A stretch of DNA of 64,000 bases, from positions 62,001 to 126,000 of the forward strand of contig CDROCS010001741.1 in assembly GCA_977020255.1 (NCBI GenBank), given 5' to 3'. A program made the position numbers and the translations under genes. Shown here piece by piece: positions 37,708 to 52,029 of the stretch. Numbering within the stretch: position 1 is the first letter of the stretch; every line of letters begins with the position of its first letter. The DNA is from Obrimoposthia wandeli (lineage: Eukaryota). The notes under the pieces were generated by a model. The model saw nothing but the letters and a program-made list of their open reading frames with translations, made no database searches and was not told the origin of the DNA.

Positions 37708-38171
37708 GAATTGTCAACTGTGGACAATGATTCTTATAAAAACCTAATTGTCAACGATGGACAATGAACACGCGATCCTAATTGTCAACGTGGGACAATG
37801 AGTATTTGATCCGAATTGTCAACGAGGGACAATGAATATGCGATCCGAATTGTCAACTAGGGACAATGATGTGATCCGAATTGTCAACTAGGGACAATGA
37901 TGTGATCCGAATTGTCAACTAGGGACAATGATGTGATCCGAATTGTCAACTAGGGACAATGATGTGATCCGAATTGTCAACTAGGGACAATGAATTTTAA
38001 ACACAAATTCGAAATAATATTAGAGGCAAATCCTAATTGTCAACTAGGGACAATGAATATGTTAAAGACAAATCCTAATTGTCAACTAGGGACAATGAAT
38101 ATGTTAAAGACAAATCCTAATTGTCAACTAGGGACAATGATGTGATCCGAATTGTCAACTAGGGACAATGA
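37708..38171. repeat. Array of 13 palindromic units ATTGTC-N7-GACAAT with variable linkers (31-bp core period)
   Basis: Units begin at ~37709, 37746, 37780, 37814, 37848, 37879, 37910, 37941, 37972, 38035, 38077, 38119 and 38150. Confidence 0.95.
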
Positions 38172-38264
38172 ATATTTTATAGAGTTTTCTCACCTATGCT
38201 GTGACTAGCTGCGACTAAGTCAAATCCGGTACTGGAACTAGCTGGAATTATTGAGACGATCGGC

Positions 38265-38635
38265 TTCTTTTAAGCAATAGGTTGGACAATAGGCGATTAT
38301 TCTTTTAAGCAATAGATTAGACAATAGGCGATTATTCTTTTAAGCAATAGATTGGACAATAGGCGATTATTCTTTTAAGCAATAGATTGGACAATAGGCG
38401 ATTATTCTTTTAAGCAATAGATTGGACAATAGGCGATTATTCTTTTAAGCAATAGATTGGACAATAGGCGATTATTCTTTTACGCAATAGATTGGACAAT
38501 AGGCGATTATTCTTTTAAGCAATAGATTGGACAATAGGCGATTATTCTTTTAAGCAATAGATTGGACAATAGGCGATTATTCTTTTACGCAATAGATTGG
38601 ACAATAGGCGATTATTCTTTTAAGCAATAGATTGG
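38265..38635. repeat. Tandem repeat, 35-bp unit x ~10.6
   Basis: TTCTTTTAAGCAATAGATTGGACAATAGGCGATTA at an exact 35-bp period with few substitutions. Confidence 0.97.
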
Positions 38636-39329
38636 TTTGTGATCTAAACAAGTTATTTCAAATTTCACCAAATCTCCACTTACCAAATTTCCTGTCGATT
38701 CCGCTCAGTAGACCTGGGATATTGATTTCTCTGCTATTTTGCTGTTTTGTTCTTGTTGTTAGGAGATCTTAGCGACTTATATAGTCGACTGTCCAACGTG
38801 AGTCCGGGCTTGGCGGCAGCTGCTAAGTTGACTCAATTTAACACTTGGATTATTCTGCTCAGTCCGGGGTTTGGCAACAGCTGCTAAATTTAATCAATCT
38901 AAATTAATTGCACGTAAATGTGCTTACTTTTGATTGACGTTCGTAGTTTTCTTTCTGCTGACGTTAGCAGATTCTAGATTGTTCCCTTTTGCACTTTTGG
39001 GGTAATTAATTCTAACCTTATATATCACACACTATACACGACCTTCGTGGTCCTCCTAATATTTTATCTTAATTTCCATAATTTTTGTTTTGAATTTTAA
39101 AATTAATATTTAATTTAATTTTCAACCTTGCTTTCAAGGATTTTTATTTTAGTATAAAATCGACTAATTATTTTAATTTCCTAATTCCTAAACCTAACAA
39201 GATTGTAATAGTCACGACATGGAAATACATGATGGTAATCAGGGAAACGTGAGTGATACCATTGCTCATATTTCGTCGGTGGAATCGAGCATTTAGAACC
39301 AAAACGGAATGAAAATATGTATAGGAATA

Positions 39330-41100
39330 ATGATGGTCGTGAATGGATTAATGAGGTAGATCTATAAAATGCGTTTCAGACAAAAGCTGTCTTCGGTACA
39401 AAACTGGGACAATTTTGTTTCAATCGGTTATTATTTGGGTTGGCTACAGCATCTGCAACATTCCAGTGTTTGATGCATTAAATATTGTACGATTTGCTGT
39501 TCAAAGGAACAATTATATATCTGGATTATATTCTTTTTGTAATAACAACTAAGAAGAACATTATAAATTATTAAGGGAAGTATTCATAAGAATTGCAGCT
39601 ACAGGCCTCAAAGTAAACCCTAATAAATACTACATTGGTCAAAAACAGTTAAAATTATTAGGTAATACCATAACAAAAAGCGGAATACATACAAATAAGT
39701 CGAAAGTCAACGAAATTATAAATTTCGAAGAACCAAACTGTATTATGAATTTCAAACAATATTTATATGGAACAGAATTTTTGGCAAGAACGGATCATAA
39801 AGCATAAGCGTTTTTAAGAACGAGGAAAAATTAATCAGCCCTAAATTTCAAACATGGCTGGCAAACTTATCAGAATTTATCAGAACATCGTAAAAGTATT
39901 GACATGGTAATGCCGCAATGGTATGTCAAAATTGAATGAAACAGTCTTTGCTCAGTGTAAAACTAAACATATAGACCCATAAGATAAGATATTTAAAAAA
40001 CGAAATATTCAATTACTAAATGAATACAACTTCTTGAGTAAGATAAGAAAAATACAACAATAAGATATTCACGTGACAGAAATTAAAGTTTTCCTTCAAT
40101 TAGAAAATAAGGATTTATCAGAAAAATGTAAAAGAAGTTGGATCTATTAGATAAAAGAAAAACTCTGTTATGATATCCTTTATTTTGAATTTTTTTACAG
40201 ATTTATTGTCATACCTACAAAGAAAATTCACCAATATCTTTGTCACCTAGGAATACAAAAGGTTTATAACTAAAGATTTTAAACTTGTATTTGAAAGGAA
40301 TGTTTCAAGGAATAAAAAATGAATATCAAATTACGTTTATTGTGACAAAAGAAAATTTGAAACAAGCAGAACAAAATAAATATATATTCCTATGGTCAAA
40401 GAATATTTTTAGATCAAATAGTTGCCGATATAGCTCACATGCAGGAAGGAAGATCTAAATCTCAATATAATTGTCTGTTGATAGTAATCGATCTATTTAG
40501 AAAACTGATATCACTATCAGCAACTACAAAAATAAGATGAAATAACAATTACTAAAGAATTCAAGACGAATTGGATATATAAATTTGGGGAACCTAAGAG
40601 CATTTTAACATATATAGGACGAATATTTACGGGAAATTATTTTCAGAATTGGATACGAAACTTGGTATTGAACATGAATTTACAGTACTTTATCAACATC
40701 AGCCAACGGTCTAGCAGAAAGAGTTATACGCACGGTAAGAGATATGCTAATAGCTTCTAATAAAACAGGAACATGTTGGCACGATTTATTGCCACAAATT
40801 GAATTTTCTATAAATGCAACTGTAAATAATTCTTCAAAACATTCACTGTTTGAGGTCATTTATGGAAGATAAAGAAAAGTTCAATTATCAAGTGCTACAA
40901 CAAACAATAAAAAATATATCATTCAATATGTAAAGAAATACAAACAAATCGCAGCTGAAAAGTTAGAGAAGTTAGATAAAGAAAGAAAACGAAAATGAAT
41001 ATTCGAAGTAAATGAAAAGGTACTTGTTAAAAAGGACCCAATTAAAAGAAGCAAGAATAGTGACCAGTATGAAGACCCAAATATATAATAAAATAATTTT
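39330..41100 (+). mobile_element. pol: Second Ty3/Gypsy pol remnant (RT, partial RH, IN), heavily decayed
   Basis: Hand translation: FCFNRLLFGLATASATFQCLM, IYLDYI (cf. YLDD), RTDHKA, ANGLAERVIRTVRDML, WHDLLPQIEFSINAT, FEVIYGR. Confidence 0.85.
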
Positions 41101-41200
41101 TGAGTCAACGAAAGGTTTCAATTTAGTTTTAAAGAGGAATCTACCCCAGGAGAATCGAATGACTGAAGAAGTGGAAGTTTGAATAGTGAAGGTAGAGTTA

Positions 41201-41496
41201 TGTTATCAGAAACCCGAAATATTCTACCTGCAATATTTGTTTATAATATCCTCTGTATACATGTATAAATATATATTGTGTTTGTGAAATTTAATTCTTT
41301 TGATATTAAAAAAGTTGTTGTGCGTTGTTTTTACTTTCGATTACTTCATCTTACCTATGTTCCTTGGATATTAAAACAAAATAACCTAGTAATAAATAAA
41401 CAAGGATTAGTGCGCGCGAGAAAATGAATCCCTATATTGATACATATTTAATAAAATGAAATATCAATCATTAACTGGAAAACATCATCCTAAACA
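41201..41496 (+). repeat. Possible 3' LTR of the second Gypsy element
   Basis: Purine-rich AGTGAAGGTAGAG immediately precedes TGTTATCAG; AATAAA motifs and an AACA end. No partner LTR seen. Confidence 0.3.
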
Positions 41497-44400
41497 GTTT
41501 AAATAAAAAATTGGTAATGGCCATCAAAAATGGAAACGACATTCTAATTAAAGCAGTAGCAAAAAGTTTGGTTGTGTTGTAGTGGTTGTGGAGAATTGAT
41601 GATAGAATTAATAGTCGGGGTAAATAATATGAAGACATATGAATATGAATTGGGGAAATTGGTTGTAGTTGTTCTTGTAGTTGCTGTAGCTGCTGTTGTT
41701 GTATTGCCCGAATTTTGTTTGCATTTCAGCAGAGTTTTAGTTTCTCATAGAACCATGATAATGTAAATGGCGCCTTTTTTGAGTGATTATGCTCTACAGT
41801 AATCCTACCATGTACTTATTAGCTATAGGCGAGTCGAGAAGGTACTAATTAAGTTTGAACATTCAACTTATCTGTGTATTATTTAAGATTTACATAAACC
41901 TTATTTAGAACAGAATATTTTTCTGATTTTTTCTAAATATTTTAAATAATAAATTTAGTTTTAAAAAATTATTTTATTAAAAATATTAAAAATTATTACA
42001 AAAAGTTTAATTAAAAACAAAAAGCACTTAAAGAATTTGTCAGTATCATTATTTTTCGCTCCAAATTTCTTCTACTTTAAACATAAATTTTTGACATGAC
42101 AATTACAGGGGTATATGCAGAGAACCAGGCAATTTAATTATTGTCTTCCAGCAACCAACATGAGGCAACCGTAATAATAATTTATATGGCAGATCGTCTG
42201 TGTCATATATAATATATTTGTGTGGGTAAGTTTCTTAAGCATTGTTTTACCCCTATCTTCTCAAAGAAAATATACCCCTACATCATTTTAGATGCGGCAG
42301 GATTCTGACAACACGTTTTGGAATTATACAAAACTTTTCTATCACCATCAACCATATATAATTGAAAACAAATATAATATACTGTATTAAAATTAAAAAT
42401 CGATCAAACATTTCCCCTACCTTGTTTTAGTGTAAACAGTATGGTGACATTTATTTTAAAATTATACAATAAATCATTTTAAGTCTTTGAATTTTAAAAT
42501 ATGAAGTCAGAAGATATCAGAAAAATATAAAAATTTATGAGAAACAATTGAAAAGCATATTATCAGATAGCAGAATGGTCAATATAGTTTAAAATTGTAA
42601 AATAATAAAGTTATTCGTCCATAAAAGAAAGTTTAAAAAATAAAGAGAATAAAAATGATTAATATGAAATCTAGGCAATTGTTTTTAATCCAGCGAAAAC
42701 GTCTGATTATTTTTAATATTAGTAATTTTGTTTACTAAATATTTTATAAACCTCAGATACATTTACAAGGATTATATCATACATGATAAACATTGAGTTT
42801 TATTAAATAAAATAATCAGATTAAAATAAGATGTAATAATTGATTTTAGAAAAGAGTACTAGCATGATGTTTATTCAAATTTCCAAAGCTCTATTCTGAT
42901 GAGCGCCAGTTTCAAAAATACAGAAAACACTTTAGTTAGGTTTGGAGTTCAATTCCGATGTGTAACAAAGGAGAGAACTCTAGGATCTCAAAAAAATTAG
43001 GACAAACAAAAAAATCGTTAAATGTGTAAATGTTCATTTTTCTTTATTTTAGAATTTGTACTAAACATTCTTTGAATTTATAAATAATAAAAGAACTTAT
43101 ATATAATTTTCTTTAAAATTCTCGAAAATAATTCTACCATTTTGTTTCTTTATACATCTCTTGTTTAAATATTAATTATAAGGCTATATAATTGAAACTT
43201 ACAATTTCTACCTGATTGATACATTTTATTTAATTAACAAATCAGTTGCCAAATTTGAAACTGGACATAATTGAACGAGTTTTAAAACCAAAAAAATGAG
43301 CCGGATTTAGAAGTTTGTAAAAGTGCCAAAACATCCTAAACTAATAATATCACAAGATTGAATGAAATAAATACTCACAATTTCAAGTTGACACAAAACC
43401 GACGATAATATGAGAATAATTTGTTAACACTAATGTAATAATGAGTATTATTGAAATTGTGAGATTTCCTTAACTAATTTATCCACCAAGCAAAGGCAGC
43501 GATAGACTGTATTTCAAGTGAGCTTCTGCCGAGAATGTAGTAGTTATTCGAGTACTGTTTCTCGATTGTCTGCTCTACTCATTAGTAAATGCACGAAGAA
43601 TCACGAGCTCTCACAAAAAGGCGGGAGCTGGGTTGTGTAGTGATACAGAGGTATCGAGATATTTCTGTAGGAAATAAGAGCACAAATGGTAGTAGTCTTG
43701 TGTATTAGAATCTTGGATCAAGGTGGTGAAATGAAATCTTTTAAAATAAGTTGAGAATATTTCTAACAAAAATATATGTAATATAGCGCTGATATCTAAT
43801 TTGTGATTTATTACCAAAAGGCGCTTCTAGTTTTCAATTTTTCTACATAATATTTTCTGAACAGCAAACTCTTCAGCTGCTTCTTGAATTTTTATCACTC
43901 TGTTTGTTATTTGAGAATTTATTAACCAATCTGCAGCAGTCATCGTTAAACCTGATCGGTAGCTTTATTAAATATTCACTCTTATTAACACTTTTTTTCA
44001 ATTTCTATATATATATATATGTATAAGCGATTTAATTAATAAATTGAAACATTAAACTGTAAAGAATTTTGAAATTCAATTCTGGATGTAATAATTGCAT
44101 GTGTTAGCATTGCAGTTATAAGTTTTTGTAGTTGATATAACAGTTGCATAAACTTATAACTTTATTAATTTGACAATGCATTGAAATATGTTTCTGGAAG
44201 ACACAACGAATATTCTTTAATTTGGCTTTCAAATTAATAATATTTTTTCTGATTTGTATGAAACTATTTGGTTCTTGAATACGGTTTACATTATTCATAA
44301 ATTCAAATTAAATAATCTCAGTTTTTTCATTCATCTTTCGTTAATAAAAAAGTTTTAATTTAGAAAATCTTATTTCGTAGTCATTAGAATCAAAACCAAG

Positions 44401-45721
44401 ACAATAAGCATACAACCAGTTTCATGAGCGTTCGGAAATAAATTAATTTTATAAAGTTTAATATCAAGTGTGCATTTATCAGCACTAAAATTAGCAGTCT
44501 GAGCTCGCAACATGTACTTTCAATTGAAGATTTTTTTAATATTCGAAATATAATATTACTTAATTAATTAATTTATGCTATTTTCTTTTTTCTGAGTTCA
44601 AATCATGATAAATGCATGAAAAACTATCAAATACATTTTTATGTGAATTTATTTATTGATTATCAAAAAAACATGTTCTAAGTAGTTCAAAATTGAAAAT
44701 AAATTTTAGTGCAACATGTGTGAATGTTCCTAGTTAGAATTATTGCTTGCGACTGACATGAGTTTGACACCACCTGATAGATTGAGACCTTTTAAAAGAA
44801 CATTAAAATGTTTTAAATACCTGAATTTTGTAATTTTCTTTTAGAATTCTGATATACAACATTTTCTTTAATCTCTAAGTTATCCCAAATATCCCAAAAT
44901 AAAAACTTCTATAAATTTAACTAATTTTAAATGATCCTGTATATTAGATGTGTATACTGATCGCTTGAAATACACTTGTGACAAACTTGTCATCTCTTTT
45001 AAATCTTTGAAGCAGTAATGATACATCACAGTATTTTTATATATACATTAAAATTAAAGTAACTTTTATCAGTAAAGCTTTGCCAATTTGTCAAACTTAT
45101 ATGATCTATCTTAGTTGCGTATTACCTTTATTTTATGAAACAATGAACTTGAAAGTGCAAATGCTATGAAGGTACGTGAATATTGTGCATTTAGCTGTTA
45201 TAGCGTGGTGTATGAAAGGAAAAAATAAGAAAAAAACAAAGCAAAAACAAGTTTGCTCGTTCTTTAAATTAAACAAACGATTACATTTTTTAAAACAGGC
45301 TGCTGCAATAAATAATAGTTATATGTAAATGCTTCATTTGTATTTATTTCCTGCTCAATTCCAATTATTTTTCATACTTTGAAGCAAATGCATTATATTC
45401 CATACGTTATAGTTCCCGATTATTGCGATTAGTTTGATGGCAGTATTTATCACAATCGGGTATTCCTGTATCTTATAAACATTTGCCTCATTTTAAAACG
45501 ATTATTTTAATATTCAGAGGTGCATACAACTCTTATTTCCAGTGCAATTGCACTGGACTTTACAAATTCTTATCTCGTATAACCTAAAGTTGTTTTCAGT
45601 CAAAACTACCTTTTCCATGGTGGTTGACTCGTCGAAAGCATTTTGAAATTTATTATTTCATTCGCTTCGCCCATTCAATAAAAAATTCAAAATTCAACTA
45701 GCTTGAGTAATTGTTAATATA

Positions 45722-46450
45722 CAAGGTGTCCCATTGAATTTGAACTATTTCTTATGTAAATAAAAACACACATCTACAATTTTTATTGAATATTGATTTT
45801 TATATTTTATAAAGTAAGTGTTTTTATTTTTTTATACAGACACTATATATAATAGGTTATTATGGAAAATATCGATCGGGACATCATAATTTTATATTAT
45901 GAAAATAACAGGAGTATAATTTCGATTATCAGAGCCTACAATAAGAAATATAAATTGAAGCACAATATCTTTGGTAAAAATAAAGTTCTAAGAATAATAA
46001 AGAAGTTTGAAACTGGAAATTTAAAAATAATTCGAAAAGTTGAAAGTGGTGGGAAAATGATAATTGATGACGATGGTAAAGGATTAGAAGACAGCACAGT
46101 AAGTTTGATGAAACAAAGTAATATGGATTAACAAGCGTAAGAAAGATAGCTGAAAAAGTTGGATGCAGTAAAAGTACCGTACATCGTTGGCTAAAGAAGT
46201 TGGCATATAGAAGTCATATGAGCTCCACCACATATTGCGTCAAATGTCAAAGAGTTCTTGAAAGCAACTTTCAGCCAATCACGGGTAATCAGTAGGAATT
46301 TAGAAATATCTTGGCCCGGATCTTAATCCAATGGATTTTTACTTCTGAATGGATTTTTACCTGGAATATAAAGTGTATGAAAAATCGTTTAACTCATTGG
46401 ATCAAAAAAAAGAAAGAATTAAATTCTGTATTGAAGAAATGAAACTATAA
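45722..46450 (+). mobile_element. IS630-Tc1-mariner transposase remnant with DUF4817-type HTH
   Basis: Starts TA|CAAGGTGTCCCA (TIR-like). ORF 45862..46131 reads IIILYYENNRS..LRIIKKFETG. Downstream: SVRKIAEKVGCSKSTVHRWL, APPHIASNVKEFLKATF..RVISR..SWP / DLNPMDF. Centre deleted. Confidence 0.75.
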
Positions 46451-46689
46451 AACGAATATTGAATTTTTATTTTCATAATTTCTACATTTTAAATGAAGTA
46501 GTAAATGAATACATTGTTGCAATAAAATCTATCTGCTTTTAGTATTTTATAATTGTTTTACATAAATTTTCATCGTTTTATGATGTATTTTTCTAATACG
46601 GTTTCTACGTCAAAGTTGCTTTCTAATGAAATTTGCTACAAATGCTATATCAATTTGTAGCTAAAGAAATGACTAATTATGTACAATGT

Positions 46690-47700
46690 TTCTGCAGTCT
46701 GTGATTATGAGATTGAACATGCACTCGACATCATCTGGCCTATCCAGCTGAGCAACTGCAGAGGGAGTATCCTCGGAAGGAGGGAGAATGGCAGACGGTG
46801 CAATTGTCGCTGTTCTTTACAAATTCTGTGCCCATCCTCGTAGGCCTCACCCATTTGCAGTAATGTTGTGTCAGACATGGTCATTCTGATCTGGGATGAT
46901 GTAGCTACAGTACGCCAGCAACGACAATGCAAACTACTCACTGACGCGCTTTAGTCGAGCGACTGGAAAATCATTGCTCGGCGATGCGCGAGAATTTGTC
47001 TGATTCACTTTACTCTACACATACGCAAGTCCTTATACTTCTGCTTTATCGGAGTTTGCAGCTGCTATCGTTACCGTCGCTGTGGCTTGCAGGAAATAAG
47101 AGCTTCTCCGACAAATTTGGCTGGAGACTTCTTGAGATTAATTGTAGCACGACATCAAGTAAGACGATAAATGTCGACAAATGATGTGGATAGATGCGAT
47201 GGAGCATTTCGGGGGCGAGGCTAAATTAGGGCGAGGGACGCTTTGATTTCAATGAAAACGTAGAACCGAAACATTTCCTAAAGTATTCTCCGAGCTGGGT
47301 CTCTAAACGAACGGATATTGTCAAAGTTTGTTATGCTAATTTAAAAATGGTTGATAAATTATAATAATCACAACTTTTTAGTTAACGGAGACTACCGGAG
47401 TTTCAGAAGTTCCAGAACACCCTTTTTGGGTCCATGTTTGATTCCCCCAACAGCCTGGACCCGATTATTGAGTTGACATCTGATGGAATGTAAACACGAT
47501 GCTTGTTAAAGTGGACGATACTCAAATAAGGTTTCGAATTATTGATCATCCGAAAAAGGGAGAAACGTTTTAATTTATGACGAATTTTTGATAATGAGCA
47601 CAGAAAAGCCTTTCGAGAATATTTTGTCAAAGCGTATTCATCATTATTATCAATTTGTAATGAAATCAGAGTGTTCACATTCGAATACTTAACTTATCTG
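46690..47700 (-). mobile_element. Possible non-LTR (LINE) ORF2 remnant
   Basis: GC-enriched block. LLGESNMD resembles the APE GDFN motif and PRPRNAP.. resembles the post-APE linker. Very degraded. Confidence 0.3.
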
Positions 47701-49109
47701 GAATATATCCTTACAAGGAAACATACTTTAGGTGTCATAAAAATTAGGAGTTCGCATTTTGTATAAAAATTATGAAATGAATTTTACATATAAAAGTAAT
47801 TTCATTATCTGCTAGTTTTCAGTATATAAAAAGTTATCAAAATAAATATTTATGTGATAAATTTATAAATGTATTTAAATATATTAAATTATAGAAACAT
47901 TAACGTGATTATATGAATAAATACCAAATAAATATTAATTTAATGAAATATTAAATTGTTATTGTTTAAAATAAAACCTTACCAAATTCCCATTGGATTT
48001 TAAAATTCGCAATACTATTTCAACTAGTGCGCTTAAATTTTTGGATTTAAATTATTTCAATTAAACCAAATTATAAAATTTCTTTTATAAAAATTTATAC
48101 ATATAACTTTTTTATTATAAATAAATAGCAGCTAAAACTATATTTTTAATATTGCAATATATTATGTTTATCATATACTAAAATTTCACTGAGTTCTTTT
48201 TATGACCGTTAGATATATTTTTGATACTTCTTGACCCTCTCTATTTATGCAGTTACGGAGTGAAGGAGAATCATATGACGAAATTGGGGAACTATTAAGA
48301 ATCTCAAGGTTGTCAGATAGTTTTTATGTATTTATAAATAAAAAGTCAAATCTCAAAGAGATTTCAAAAAAGTGCTAGGTATTCAAAAATACAATATTTG
48401 TTAAATTTTAAAGTAGAATGTAAGAAAATTACTACAACTAAAAGTTTGAATGTTTACTTTTAAATGTTCCTCAAGCAACACACTGAAGAATATTAAAAGG
48501 AAGGGACATAAATATATAACCTGTGAGACAAATATTAAACTTACGCAGAAAAGCACAACTTGCGAACTGAGGTTATAACAAAGTGGTTCTTAAGAGGACA
48601 CAATTGATCTAAAACAGTATTCAGTTATGACAAAATGTTTCAACTGCATGGTTCAGATTGTTGGTGGTCATCTTCAAATGGTCGTGAACATATAACAAAG
48701 GAGTCCAGACAGTGTGATGAGAAGGAGATTTTGTTTGGCTCATGGTTCTTGCCAATGGATTAACTTAACATATAAAAATAGCAAGAACATTTAAATCAGA
48801 TAATTACCTAAAATTACGCATAGAAACTACTTTTTTATTAAGGTGAAACATTTGCTTATAAAGAAGATGATGCTGTTGTTCGTACAGCAAGAATTCTAAA
48901 AGTTTGTTTTGGAAAAAGTAATATCAAAGACTTAAATGGCCTACAAAGTCGAAGTTATTTGAAAAATAATATCCGAAATCGTTTATGACGGGCCAAAATA
49001 TCCAGTAAATTCAATTAATAAAACCATTTTGGATATAAATCGTATTTTTAAATGACAATAGTCAAATCGGATCCAACTACCCTTAGTCTTAACGGCTTAA
49101 AACATGTAG

Positions 49110-50180
49110 ATTATCACCAGAGACAAAATCTCAATAATTGAATCAATGTCAACATGTATCCAACTAAAGTCGCCTTGAGGCAATGGCTGATTCAAGACTC
49201 ACATATTATTTATATCTACGTAGAGAAGGAAAGCATCATCATCAGATTTTATATGAAGTTCATTAATGAAAGTGAATTCTCCTCATATACCGGCTTCAAA
49301 CCCATTATACATTTCCAGATCATGTAATAAATATATATCATGAACTAGAGATTCAAGTGCACTGGGCAAATTAAGACCCGATATATTAAAAATGATTGAA
49401 AAATTATCATCGTCTTTTACTTTCAGTCTGAAGACTTCAAGTGCGTCACATAACAAGCTAACGTCTAGTTTCATGTACTCCTATATGCAGTTTTTAATAC
49501 TAGTATACCCTGAATAAGCTCCAAATCCTATTAGTCTCTGTATATTCATCGTCGGTAACATTGGACTGAAATTCTGATTTAGGTGGTAAAGCTGTCTTTA
49601 TAATTTGGATTCAATACTTATAAAGTCAGCATAAATTTACGAAAGTATTATGGTATTTGTCACTTCTCTAGCGTTAGAAAATTAACTACGTGATCATTTG
49701 TACTTAGCTTAAACAGTAAAAAAAATTGAATTTTTAAACACAGTTTTATCACTCAAATGTACGTATCTCAATCTTTATTAAAAATCAGTGATTGAAATTT
49801 TATTTCCGCACTCAAATTAAGGTATATTACAATCTCATTGATTTATCGGTAATTATTTGAGATATTCTGTGTATGTGTTACCCCCTAAATCATCGTGATA
49901 CAAAACTGCTAAAACTAAATATACAAAACTATTTTCATCAATGTTACAAACAATTATAGTCGTATTTGATCTCACAAATGAATAAGGAGTCTTTATGTAT
50001 GATGTATCACTAATAGTCGGTAGTTTAGTAAATTTAAAGAAAATTTTCAATAATTTAAGTACAGACTCATCCAGAACTCAATTCACGATATATTTCAATT
50101 TTATTCTTCAGTTCATATGTTCTACTAGAAAAAAAATTCAGTTCGAAAATATTAACCTAATAACTAATTTGCCATGACTT
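49110..50180 (-). pseudogene. Third Polinton pPolB remnant, a divergent lineage with large deletions
   Basis: SYIKTP..NIDENSFVYLVLAVL (49853..50050); TALPPKSEFQS..DDEY..IWSLF; MKLDVSLLCDALEVFR..SGLNLPSA..DLEMY..FEAGIRG; YVDINNM..QPLPQGDFSW. Confidence 0.8.
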
Positions 50181-50687
50181 ACAATTACCTCCATAGTCAA
50201 TAAATTTTGTTTCTACACCATACTGGATTTTACAAGAGCCAAAATACCTTCAGTTAACTTGACTAGTTTTTCATCATTTATATATGTAATTTCAACATGT
50301 TTTCTCTACTAGTATCAACATTTAAAGACGAATGCACCCAACCATCTTACTGGACTAAAAAAGGTTTGTCTACAGGTTTAACTAGGGTATTTAGCTTAAC
50401 TATAATGGAATCTATATTTGAGATTGGGTTTCTCCCGATTACGTATATATGAGTTTACGGTAATTGTTCCAGCAAATCAACACAGATTCCCTTGTGCTCC
50501 ACATGTTTAAGGCTGAGATCAGAAGATGGGTCTGTACTCATACGCGAGAACCAACACTTTACACTACTACAGTAAAATATTATTTTATCTAGTTATTTTA
50601 TGAGTTAGGAAGATTATTATAATTCAAATAGACATTTGAAGATCATTGATGTTTTATTAAAGATATATAAAGGATTACAAATAAAAA

Positions 50688-52029
50688 TCCGTACTAAGTG
50701 TAACAATAGTTTTTCATAGATAATGTATTAAAATGTTATATTTAATATTTTAATAATAAAATAACAATCCACAAGTGAAAAGGTTATAGGTGAAGACATT
50801 GTCCTGTATTCCGGTTTCCTTACTTTTTGAAAGACGTTGGTCATTATGACAGATATTCTATCTTTGTCAATTTCTTTTCAAGCAATACTTAACTCTTCTT
50901 TTCAGCATTTCACGATAGTCAGCTTTTTAGTTAGATTCATGTATGCTGTTTCAGAATGGCAAAAAATCATATATTGATATTATCTGAGATGCATTGGTGG
51001 GTTTTTGTTTTAGCCACACAATCCAAGACATTTATTACAAAGAGTTCAAGAGTATCTTTAGCAGTGTGTATTGAAGCTAAGTCTGGCCAAAACAAGTAAT
51101 CTTGACCTCGAATGGGTTTCACAAAGAAATAGAATAAATTGCTTATTAATACTATTTTTATAATTTTCTTTGGTAACTGCTTCAACAGATTTGAAGAAAA
51201 TACCTTAGATATTCCACGTGGTGAGATTTTAATCAATATCATCAATCTAAAATTTTCTTGTGATTGCAGTTTGATGCGGTGTCAGAGCATAAATCGTAGT
51301 AAAAGCATTTTCAGGAATTTTGTCATGCTTCAGATTAAAATATCTTTCATCATCTATGTCAGGAATGTCAATAAATATTTTCATATCTTGTACTTGAGTA
51401 TCCTTTTGAGCCTCAGACACAAGTGGAATGTTTAGTTTGTGTTGTTGTTGTATACATGAAGGCCTATTGTTGTATCGTATTTCCTCTACTGGAATCACCT
51501 TCCTCTGTAGTTAGAGTGTATCATCACTCAAGATCAGGTTTATTTTTTCTGATTTTCCATTTGTTGTGTCGTCTACTATTATGTGTAAATATTGTTGTGT
51601 AATTACAAACTTTGATGCTAGTTGGTTCTGTGATTTTCCTTTATTAACAGTCTCCCTAACCAGCAAAGACTTAGACTTTTCATCAAATTTCTCAGCAGGT
51701 CTTCCAAAACCCGAATCCCGTGCAGTTGTATTACTCTGCGCATACCGACTTAGAATATCGTACACGGTTTGCTTTGCAATGGTCAACTCTGAAAACTACA
51801 TGAATACTTGATGTTTTGAGTGTACTGAATGTCTTATTTCATACTCAACAATGTCATCACAAAAATGTCATTGCTTATTAAATATTAAGAAACAAAAATA
51901 AAATTGACATAATATAATGTTGAAACATACAAGATGTTAAGTTAGTTTTACCTACTATTAAGCAATAATTATTAAACAACAATTAAAATTAAAATGTATG
52001 GAAAAACAATTGCTACACTTAGTACGGAG
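50688..52029 (-). mobile_element. Tc1/mariner-family element with 28-bp TIRs and a decayed transposase
   Basis: TIRs TCCGTACTAAGTGTAACAATAGTTTTTC (50688-50715) and GAAAAACAATTGCTACACTTAGTACGGA (52001-52028), 2 mismatches. Transposase motifs: KQTVYDILSR..GRP, DDERYF, FWPDLASIH. Confidence 0.88.

Noticed and set aside
37708-38171. CRISPR array (palindromic repeats with variable spacers)
   Set aside because: Spacers are mostly 9-20 nt, related to each other and repeated. There are no cas genes and the context is eukaryotic.
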